47,684 nt of DNA from Candidatus Hodarchaeum mangrovi (lineage in GTDB: Archaea > Asgardarchaeota > Heimdallarchaeia > Hodarchaeales > Hodarchaeaceae). Under the pieces are notes generated by a model. That model was not told the origin of the DNA and did not search any database. It worked only from the letters and a program-made list of their open reading frames with translations. The stretch lies in assembly GCA_016839515.1 (NCBI GenBank), contig JAEOUE010000163.1, positions 1-47,684 of the forward strand, read 5' to 3'. Made by a program: the position numbers and the translations under genes. Positions 38,767-46,746 of the stretch are shown one piece after another. How positions within the stretch are numbered: the first letter of the stretch is position 1; every line of letters starts with the position of its first letter.

Positions 38767-39477
38767 TTACCTAGAAACAGGGAGATGAGGAATTAATAAT
38801 GCTGCTAACAACCCTATTTCACGATTTTGAGTATAAACGACTCCTGGACCACGATATCGAATCACAATACCTTCCCCACCGAGTATGAAACTCTTTCTTC
38901 CACCTACCTTCGAGACAGTATGGTTCATATGCGTTTGAAATGCCATCATCACGCCATTGTCGACCACTAGCTCTTCATCATCCTTAAGGTCATGGCGTTC
39001 AACAAAACCATAACCTCCAATCCAGACATCTCCTTCTGCTTCAGCATACAATTTTGTTAAAACAAGTCCTTCTCCACCAAGGACACTTTTAAATCCTCCT
39101 AACTGAGATGTAACTTCAATACTTGGAGTTCCACAGATATATGCATCTCTACTTAATGTCCATTCTTCGCCCTGATTAAGATGCAAATGTACAATGTCTC
39201 CAGGGGCACCATGGGCAAAAGCAACCATACCAGGAGGTGAACCATCAGGAAGAGTAAAGAAATTCTGAAACATTGATTCACCTGAAAATTTACGTTGTAG
39301 GCCCTTCATAAGGCCGCCAGCGGATTTTGTTTCCATAGAAATATGTCCTGACATATAAACCATAGCACCACCCTCGGCTCTAACCTGTTGTCCAGGCTGT
39401 TCAAGATGGATTCGGACTAAAGAAAACGCTGGTTTACCTGTTATTTCATATTTTAAAAAAGACTTATCTTTATTCAT
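38767..39477 (-). CDS. AIM24 / TIGR00266 family protein
   Basis: VRAEGGAMVYM, SGESMFQN, repeated GGEG motifs, VDNGVMMAF, GPGVVYTQNR. Confidence 0.92.
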   Translation of the reverse strand: MNKDKSFLKYEITGKPAFSLVRIHLEQPGQQVRAEGGAMVYMSGHISMETKSAGGLMKGLQRKFSGESMFQNFFTLPDGSPPGMVAFAHGAPGDIVHLHLNQGEEWTLSRDAYICGTPSIEVTSQLGGFKSVLGGEGLVLTKLYAEAEGDVWIGGYGFVERHDLKDDEELVVDNGVMMAFQTHMNHTVSKVGGRKSFILGGEGIVIRYRGPGVVYTQNREIGLLAALLIPHLPVSR

Positions 39478-39581
39478 GTTACCACCAAAATTAAATCTAT
39501 ATTCAAGGTAAAAATATTGAAGTATTAATAAGTAAGTAAACCAAAATTAGTAAAATTATGAAAGGAGAACCTCTATCAGCT

Positions 39582-39606
39582 AAAAAAAAGGGAGGTGAAA
39601 AAAAAA
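39582..39606 (-). terminator. Oligo-U tracts after the vWA gene (putative archaeal terminator)
   Basis: T9 and T8 runs on the minus strand immediately after the vWA stop. Confidence 0.5.
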
Positions 39607-40890
39607 TTAGGGGGATAGATTTTGTTTTCTTAATGAATACATTGTTGCGGTCATTTTCTTCCGATTTACCTTTGAATAACTTTCTTGATCCAACATATCA
39701 GACAAAATGCTAGTATTTGTACTTTGGAGCTTTTCTAATATTTGCGAACCCCCTGTTTTCTCTATTCTTTCCTTGAGCTTCTGTTGAAACTCATTCATTG
39801 TCCTTTGAGCATTTGAAAATTGTCCCTGATCTGCAAAATTAATCACTTCTTGGTGAATAAAAACTGCTTCAAGCAAATGAGCATTTTCGATGATCTCATC
39901 ATCTTCCTGTGCTAGATAATCTTCATTTTCAGTGTAGATAATTTCACAACTAGAATGTGTTTTATCCTCTTTTGGTATTCCACTTCCAGGAATCCAACAT
40001 ACTGTAAAATCTAGGATTTTTTGCTTAGAACCTCCTAGAGATTTTGGCGGAACTACAACATCGAGGATTAGAATGATTTCTTTTTCACTTCGTAAATCAC
40101 CGAGCTTAGTTGAATTGGAAAAACGGGATTCATAGGGAACTCCCAGGACTCTATTAATTTTTAAGCCTTCAATTCCCTTCCATTGTACTTCTAAATTATA
40201 AGCAACTGTTTCAAGTAATCCTTCAAACTCTTGTGCAATATATTTCGGTATATCATCTGCTGTCTCTATAAAATAGAATGTACCACCTGCAGAATCAGCA
40301 ATAGTAACAAGAAGATCCTCATCAAAATCTTCTCCAACCCCAAATGTGCTAATGCATATTCCTTTATTATAGATCCCTTCTACTCCAGATTTTATCGTTC
40401 CTTTATCAGTTATACCTTCATTCGCTAATCCATCTGACAAAAGCAAGATCATATTTCTAAACTCCTTATTTTTCCCCATTTCAACTTGCTTTACTCCTTC
40501 CAAGATTCCTCCATATAAATTAGTTCGACCACGATCACAAACATTCCTTATTTTGTTGATTGTTGATGTTTGTGATATTAAAACTCCAGAGGGTATCAAA
40601 TTCTCAATTAAGTGGTCATAAACTGTAAAAGAAAATATATCTGTGTTTGTAAGATTATTGACTATAAATTCCACAGCTTCTTTAGCTTTTTGGAGTTTTT
40701 TTCCTCTCATACTTCCTGATCGATCAAGTACAATACCTAAATTCAAAAAATTTCGTTGTTTAACAGGATTAAAGTTAATTCCGGTTATTTTAAGCTGAAC
40801 AAAAAGGTGTGTATTTCCCGATGCTAGAGCATAGGGGGAACTTAGAGTAACTTCTAACTTAAAAGGTTTTTTATGTTTCATACCATTCAT
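39607..40890 (-). CDS. von Willebrand factor A domain protein (YfbK/CLCA-like) with intact MIDAS
   Basis: LNLGIVLDRSGSM, GRTNL, LLLSDGLANEG, FGVGEDFDEDLL, GGTFYFI, followed by a beta-sandwich and a C-terminal helical bundle. Confidence 0.93.
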   Translation of the reverse strand: MNGMKHKKPFKLEVTLSSPYALASGNTHLFVQLKITGINFNPVKQRNFLNLGIVLDRSGSMRGKKLQKAKEAVEFIVNNLTNTDIFSFTVYDHLIENLIPSGVLISQTSTINKIRNVCDRGRTNLYGGILEGVKQVEMGKNKEFRNMILLLSDGLANEGITDKGTIKSGVEGIYNKGICISTFGVGEDFDEDLLVTIADSAGGTFYFIETADDIPKYIAQEFEGLLETVAYNLEVQWKGIEGLKINRVLGVPYESRFSNSTKLGDLRSEKEIILILDVVVPPKSLGGSKQKILDFTVCWIPGSGIPKEDKTHSSCEIIYTENEDYLAQEDDEIIENAHLLEAVFIHQEVINFADQGQFSNAQRTMNEFQQKLKERIEKTGGSQILEKLQSTNTSILSDMLDQESYSKVNRKKMTATMYSLRKQNLSP

Positions 40891-40902
40891 TTTATTTCTT
40901 CC

Positions 40903-41487
40903 TTATTTTGATCGCCTTTCAATTGATTTTTGTTCGTCATAAACTTTTTTACCCTTTTTTGTAGGCTTTATTTTTTTATTTGGCCTTCCAGGTTTGTTTT
41001 TTTTATAAATTTCTTTTTGATCACGGCTTCTTGTTGTTTTTGAATAATAATTTGTTTCTTCTATTAAATCTAATCTGTTCAACTCCCGTAAGCCTTGAAC
41101 AACTGTATTGGGGGATAATTGAGTGGAATCTTGAAGAGCTATAACGTTAATCCCCTCATTCAAGTTTATTTCTTCAAGTAAAATTCGTTGTGATCTTGAG
41201 AGCTGTGAAAACTCAGGATGAGACACCAGTTCCTTCTCTAAAATATTAAATCCCTCAGGGGTTAATGAGTATGATTTAGAATTTGGAGGATCTCTTGATA
41301 TCAGGCCTGCTAACTCCATTTCTTTAATTCTTCTATAAACGGTCGCAGTTGTTACCTTTCCCCTAAAAGAGTAAAAAGAACTCTCATTTATTTCTTGATT
41401 TATATCTGGGGCAGTTTTCTGAGGATTAGATTTAAGATAATTCAAAATTTCAAGCGTTCCTTTAGCAGACAATAAATCCAACATCAT
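40903..41487 (-). CDS. Tandem winged-helix DNA-binding protein
   Basis: HTH1: TLEILNYL...TVYRRIKEMELAGLISR...YSLTPEG. HTH2: QRILLEEI...LSPNTVVQGLRELNRLDLI...KPGRPNKKIKPTKKG. Confidence 0.85.
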   Translation of the reverse strand: MMLDLLSAKGTLEILNYLKSNPQKTAPDINQEINESSFYSFRGKVTTATVYRRIKEMELAGLISRDPPNSKSYSLTPEGFNILEKELVSHPEFSQLSRSQRILLEEINLNEGINVIALQDSTQLSPNTVVQGLRELNRLDLIEETNYYSKTTRSRDQKEIYKKNKPGRPNKKIKPTKKGKKVYDEQKSIERRSK

Positions 41488-41496
41488 AAATCATCC

Positions 41497-42840
41497 TTAG
41501 GTTTTTTGAGTGGGGTGAATTACCTCAGGAGGGGCTTGATTTATTATTTCTTGTCTTTGTATTAAATTTCGAATCTGATAACCACGAGGTATAGTTCTTG
41601 GAGATTTTCTCTCTTTTAAGATATCAATGTGTTTCTTAGAGGCATAGAAATGAGCTGGAAAATCATCAAACATAACACAGATACCCTCCCATTTGTTATC
41701 ATTGAATTTATACAGTGATCCACCTCCAGTTGCTTTGAGTGGTTTAACTTCTAAATCTTGAAACTCCTTCTTTAATATGTTATTTATATCTCCAGAAAAA
41801 CCTTTAGATATCTTTTCATGGAAAAAAACTTTATCAGTAAGAAATCCCTTCAATACTACTTCATTAAATTGAAGCCAAAGAGAATTAGACCCATAAATCT
41901 CTATTCCGAGTAATTTATCGTTATAGAAACATAACAAACCTACCTGATTGGGAATCATTAAATCAGGCTTTAACTTTTGAAATATTTCCGACATTTTTTG
42001 GCTTTTTTCTATCGATTTCTGTTGAATTTCGCGGTAGCTACTAGTAGGGGCTTCATCGATTCCAAGATTGAGAGCATCTGCAACCACTTCTATGGCATTC
42101 CAGACTGTTGACTGATCAGCTCCCATTGAAGCAACGTATCCCATTTGAGGGGTCATTCTTGTATCTGCAGATTTAAATTTAAATGTGGTTGCTTCGCCAT
42201 GTGAACTTTCGTAATTCCATCGCGATCGTTCAATACATCGCGCAGGTATTTTCAAGGGATTGTCCTTTGTACGACCTGATGGAATAATAATAGGTTCAAA
42301 AATGGTTCTGTCCTGTTTTCCTCCTTCAACCTGATGAAGGTAGGGTATGAGAATAGGTAATTCACTTAGATTTATTGCTTCCAACCATTCTACCGACTCA
42401 GCCCTCTCATTTTCTTGGATCCAACCCAATTCACGTTTCTCAGCTTCAGTAATTCCTAGCATTGAGAGGCTAGATTTTTGGATTATTGGATAAATTGTAA
42501 AACCTTCACAATATTTAGAGGATTCAAATTCATAGATTTCTGTAAAATTATATAAAATCTTCTTAAAACTCGCTTCTGTCATTTTATAATCACCATCTGG
42601 CTTAATATTCAATTTTTCTTTTAAATAAATTATAGATTTTTTATTATTAAATCGGACATACTTAATTAATTCTCTTTGTTCTAGAATATTTATAATTTGA
42701 AAGATTTTTGCAGTAGTTACTTTTTTATGCATCTTAAGAATAAGATATTCATTTAAATCATCAATAGATACTCTAGGATTTCCATTAAGGAATTCTAAAA
42801 TATCTAATGTGAGTTTTCCTTTTTGATTCATTTGGCTCAA
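41497..42840 (-). CDS. wHTH fused to an ARPP-1 (DUF6569)-like domain
   Basis: N-terminal ~80 aa wHTH, then VEWLEAINLSELPILI...EGGKQDRTI...IIIP...IPARCIERSRW, QSTVWNAI and NQVGLLCF...GIEIYGS, matching the ARPP-1 pattern (GxKQxR, CxExxRW, QxxVW). Confidence 0.8.
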   Translation of the reverse strand: MSQMNQKGKLTLDILEFLNGNPRVSIDDLNEYLILKMHKKVTTAKIFQIINILEQRELIKYVRFNNKKSIIYLKEKLNIKPDGDYKMTEASFKKILYNFTEIYEFESSKYCEGFTIYPIIQKSSLSMLGITEAEKRELGWIQENERAESVEWLEAINLSELPILIPYLHQVEGGKQDRTIFEPIIIPSGRTKDNPLKIPARCIERSRWNYESSHGEATTFKFKSADTRMTPQMGYVASMGADQSTVWNAIEVVADALNLGIDEAPTSSYREIQQKSIEKSQKMSEIFQKLKPDLMIPNQVGLLCFYNDKLLGIEIYGSNSLWLQFNEVVLKGFLTDKVFFHEKISKGFSGDINNILKKEFQDLEVKPLKATGGGSLYKFNDNKWEGICVMFDDFPAHFYASKKHIDILKERKSPRTIPRGYQIRNLIQRQEIINQAPPEVIHPTQKT

Positions 42841-42857
42841 AACAGGTTTTAATTAAT

Positions 42858-42906
42858 TATACTTTTTGATAATTTATAAATTTAACTATTTCTATCAAAA
42901 AATATA
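42858..42906. promoter_or_regulatory. 14-bp inverted repeat flanking a TATA box upstream of the ARPP-1 operon (putative operator)
   Basis: TATACTTTTTGATA (42858-42871) and TATCAAAAAATATA (42893-42906) are 13/14 complementary. The 21-nt spacer contains TTTATAAA (42873-42880). A third half-site TATCAAAAAA starts at 42958. Confidence 0.5.
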
Positions 42907-43142
42907 ATAAAAATTTAATGACTTTGTTTTAACAATTTCAAATCATATTCGATTAATTATCAAAAAAATTATTCTAGAAGATATAATTTAAGCCATAATT
43001 TAAAATTCTTTTATAAAATCCTTATAAAAAATACGTGAAAATGATATTCCTTATATTATGAAATTAAGATAAATTAGAATGATAAATTTCCTAAGTAAAA
43101 CATATAATCAAAGAAAAAAGGAAAGAAGTTCTATTCTCTCAA

Positions 43143-44600
43143 TTAACTATATGGAGCACGTTTTCCTGCTAAAAATTTTTTGTGATAACTTGTTACACGA
43201 GTAAAGAAGGAAAATCCGATGAAGAATAGGATAAAGAGAATAGCTATCCCAATTTTAAATGCAATCGCATTGGATCCAAACCCTTGACTAGATGAAAAAA
43301 AGCTAATTACCGCTCCAAAGGCTAAAGAACCAATAGCACTACTACCCTTACCAGCAAGCTTACTAAAACCAAAATATTGACCAATTTTATCTGGAGGGGC
43401 TAATTCAATCGTCATTGTACGCTGAACTACCCATATTGAACCCATACCAAACCCAACTAAAAGTGCCATCAAAAAAATTGTGTAATTGGGTAAAAAACTC
43501 AGAAAGAAAGGTAATTCAACTGTAGGATCAAAGGAATCTGCAAAGATGGGAATTGAGAGAGCGACTAACCAAACAATAGAAACAATTACAGCAAGAACTT
43601 TTGGGCCATATCTATCAGATACAGGACCAGCGATACCAGTAAGAACCACAGCACAAACCACTCCGATTAAAAGGAGAATAGATGCGGTAAAATCCTCCAT
43701 TCCAAAACCTAAAACTGCAGCAGGTTTCATAATATTTATAACTGTCTGAACGACATCTACAGTAAAAAACCATCCGATGACAAACCATCTCATATCTTTA
43801 TAATTCCAAATTTCTTTAGCTGTTACAATTGTATCATTTAATGCACTTTTAACTAATTTCCCAACTCCCTCTTCTTTTATTCGATTTCTATCTGGGTATT
43901 CTCTTGTCCAAAGAAATGGAATAGCTATTAATAGGAATCCTAAAGCACATAACCACCACATTTCATCAAAATAACCAAACCAAGTTGATTGAGACCCTAA
44001 AATGGATGAATATTGATTTGGATCAATTTCACCAATATTATCGGGTAAATCTATGACGTCTCCGAAAAATGATGGGGCAATAAAACTGAATGCTACTGCA
44101 AAGAAGGAACCAAAATATCCTAAAGCCACTCCAACTGCTGAAACCCAACCCAGATCTTTATCTTTTGCTATTCGAGGAATCATGGTATCATAAAACAGAT
44201 TACCCCATTGATAAAATACATTAGCCGCAATAAACATAAACATGGCGATAAAAACGTTATCAAATAGAAAGACAATACCTGTGAATAAGATTGTTAACGA
44301 GCCGAACAGAATTGTCCCAGGTTTCCCCTTTCCGTTATTATCAGCAAAAGTTCCCATCACAGGGATAGTAATTGCAACAAATAATGTACTTATTGATACT
44401 GCTATATTAGCAATAAAAAAACTTAGGCTGTACCCTAAACCATTCATCATTCCTAATAACGTGCCATATTGTAGCACAGTCATGCTGACAATACCCATAC
44501 TAAAAACCGTATTAGCAATGTCATAAGTTGTCCAGAGAAGAACGTTTACTATTGACGTTTTAACTGTGTCATGTGTCATAATACTTTCCTCTTTTGACAA
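43143..44600 (-). CDS. MFS transporter, UMF1/ATG22-like (YxiO) family
   Basis: WTTYDIANTVFS, FYDTMIPRIA, VSAVGVALGYFG, GPVSDRYGPK, GQYFGFSKLAGK, about 12 TM helices. Confidence 0.9.
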   Translation of the reverse strand: MSKEESIMTHDTVKTSIVNVLLWTTYDIANTVFSMGIVSMTVLQYGTLLGMMNGLGYSLSFFIANIAVSISTLFVAITIPVMGTFADNNGKGKPGTILFGSLTILFTGIVFLFDNVFIAMFMFIAANVFYQWGNLFYDTMIPRIAKDKDLGWVSAVGVALGYFGSFFAVAFSFIAPSFFGDVIDLPDNIGEIDPNQYSSILGSQSTWFGYFDEMWWLCALGFLLIAIPFLWTREYPDRNRIKEEGVGKLVKSALNDTIVTAKEIWNYKDMRWFVIGWFFTVDVVQTVINIMKPAAVLGFGMEDFTASILLLIGVVCAVVLTGIAGPVSDRYGPKVLAVIVSIVWLVALSIPIFADSFDPTVELPFFLSFLPNYTIFLMALLVGFGMGSIWVVQRTMTIELAPPDKIGQYFGFSKLAGKGSSAIGSLAFGAVISFFSSSQGFGSNAIAFKIGIAILFILFFIGFSFFTRVTSYHKKFLAGKRAPYS

Positions 44601-44732
44601 AAATAATCATTTTTACAACTGAATCATTTTCAGAAATAAGAATTTTTCCTATTAATTTTAGCTAGATAAGCATAAAATTATTATTTAAAATGAAATAGGA
44701 ATAAACAATTCCATTGTTATTGATTTTGTGAA

Positions 44733-46529
44733 ATGATCATGGGAACTCTCACATATCAAAGTCTAGGAAGGCCAACTGACACAAGTCTCCCATTAATGGG
44801 TCATCGCCCAATGTATCTTATGCATAAATTTTTTGCCAGAAAACAGGCAAATGTTATCCGAAAGTACATAAAATTGCATTCTTCTGAACAAGATGTTGTT
44901 TTAGATCCATTTTGCGGTAGCGGAGTAATGATTGGCGAAAGTCTTCGTTTAAAACGGCACGCTATAGGCATTGACATTAATCCAGTTTCAATCTTTATAT
45001 CAAAAAATACTTTAACTTTTGTTTCACCTGATTTAATATTAGATGAGTTCAATCGCGTAAGATTTGAGGTTGCAAAGGAAATTGAATCCTTATATAGATC
45101 TACATGTCGTATATGTGAATTACCTATAAATGCTATTTGTTTGACATGGAATCACTCTGAATTAGTTGATATACGCTATAATTGTCCTAAAGATGGAAAG
45201 CGAATAGACCTAGTAAATGATTATGATTTACAACTTATTGATTTTATTGCTAATAACAAAGATTCACGGTTTTTTAAAAAAAATGGAGAATCAAAATTTT
45301 GGTTCCCAAAATTGCCTTTGGTTTATCCTGATGGAACTCCCTTTCTTAAAAGGGAGCATTATAACAATATTCCAGAGTTATTTACTCCTAGAAACTTAAT
45401 ATCCTTGGCAAAATTATTCTCAAGTATCCAAAAGTGTTCCAATCCACAATTGAAAGAATCACTTTTGTTTGGCTTCTCATCGATTGTTCATTTAGCGTCA
45501 AAAATGGTTCCTGTTCGCCCCTCAAGACCCTTTAGTTCAGCTTGGGTACAACAGAGTTATTGGTCGGTTCCAAATTTTATGGAATCTAATGTATGGAGTC
45601 TCTTCGATCGAGCAATAACAGGAAAACAAGGACTCCTAAATGCAAAAATAGATTTAAAACAATCTATAGATAAAATCCAGTATAAATCTGACATTAACGA
45701 ACTATTTCAAAAGCAGAATTCTCAAATTCCAATCTATACCTTGATAAATTCATCCCTTGAAAAGCTTAAGAATATCCCTGATGAATCCATTGATTATGTT
45801 ATTACTGATCCTCCTTACGGACATTCAATACAATATGGAGAACTATTGTTTTTGTGGGGGGCATGGTTAAACTTAGTTGATGAATATACAACAGCTCTAT
45901 CTCAAGAACTAATTGAAAACTCTCGTCAGAATAAAACAATAGCAGATTATGAAAATCATCTCTTTATTATTTTTAAAGAAATTTTCCGTGTATTAAAACC
46001 ATCAAAATGGCTTACAGTAACCTTTCATAATCCTCAATTAAAATATCGTACCATCTTATATCGTTGTGCAATTTTATCAGGTTTTTCTCTCGAGGAAATC
46101 CATTATCAACCACCAGCTCGACCATCAGCCAAAAGTTTGCTTCAACCATTTGGATCATTAAGTGGAGATTATATTTTTCGCTTTAAGAAGCCTAAAAATG
46201 CAATAAATAAGGATTTTCAACTAATTTCTGAAGATCAATTTGAGAAAATTGTAGTGAATTTGGTTTATAAAATTATAAAGGAATACAAAACTCCGATTCC
46301 TTTTACTTTAATCCAAAATTCTTTGGACCCAAAGCTTTATAAGAAGCTCTATGAACATGATATGCTTCTAACATTTCATCCTAAGAAGATAGAAAGTATT
46401 TTATCTAAACATCTAGGGAATCTATTTGTTTTGAGTGATATCAAGTGGAAAATTACTGCAAATAAGGAAGTTTCCATGAAAGGGTGGTTTATAACAGAAA
46501 ACAAACATCCCAAGAGACCTGTTTCCTAA
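44733..46529 (+). CDS. Amino-DNA methyltransferase (probably N6-adenine, COG1743-like with Zn-ribbon-like insert)
   Basis: MHKFFARK, VLDPFCGSG (motif I), CRIC insert, VITDPPY (motif IV), RVLKP...VTFH. Confidence 0.9.
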   Translation: MIMGTLTYQSLGRPTDTSLPLMGHRPMYLMHKFFARKQANVIRKYIKLHSSEQDVVLDPFCGSGVMIGESLRLKRHAIGIDINPVSIFISKNTLTFVSPDLILDEFNRVRFEVAKEIESLYRSTCRICELPINAICLTWNHSELVDIRYNCPKDGKRIDLVNDYDLQLIDFIANNKDSRFFKKNGESKFWFPKLPLVYPDGTPFLKREHYNNIPELFTPRNLISLAKLFSSIQKCSNPQLKESLLFGFSSIVHLASKMVPVRPSRPFSSAWVQQSYWSVPNFMESNVWSLFDRAITGKQGLLNAKIDLKQSIDKIQYKSDINELFQKQNSQIPIYTLINSSLEKLKNIPDESIDYVITDPPYGHSIQYGELLFLWGAWLNLVDEYTTALSQELIENSRQNKTIADYENHLFIIFKEIFRVLKPSKWLTVTFHNPQLKYRTILYRCAILSGFSLEEIHYQPPARPSAKSLLQPFGSLSGDYIFRFKKPKNAINKDFQLISEDQFEKIVVNLVYKIIKEYKTPIPFTLIQNSLDPKLYKKLYEHDMLLTFHPKKIESILSKHLGNLFVLSDIKWKITANKEVSMKGWFITENKHPKRPVS

Positions 46530-46746
46530 AAATGATTTTTGTTTGAAATGATTATTTCTCTTAACATTAAAACTCAAAATATTTAAAAATGATATAATCT
46601 AGCGTTACATGCCCTATAATTTCGAGAATGAACCACGATCTACAAGAAATAATCTGAAAATCTAGGATCTTCCTAGCTTTCGAATTATTCTTCAATCGTA
46701 TCATTCACGGGATTATAGGCAATAATAAACCGAGAGGGATAAATAT

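Noticed and set aside
38767-39477. AIM24 gene as a fourth member of the ARPP-1/vWA operon
   Set aside because: It is separated by 129 nt containing T9 and T8 terminator-like tracts. Co-orientation alone is insufficient, although a functional link is not excluded.
2263-45399. Remaining short (60-95 aa) ORFs nested in or antisense to recognised genes (e.g. 2263, 4346, 6298, 8915, 14386, 16616, 18290, 19668, 19712, 20642, 27134, 30503, 33519, 37477, 37931, 40231, 43486, 44242, 44801, 45217)
   Set aside because: They overlap well-supported CDSs and show no recognisable motifs.
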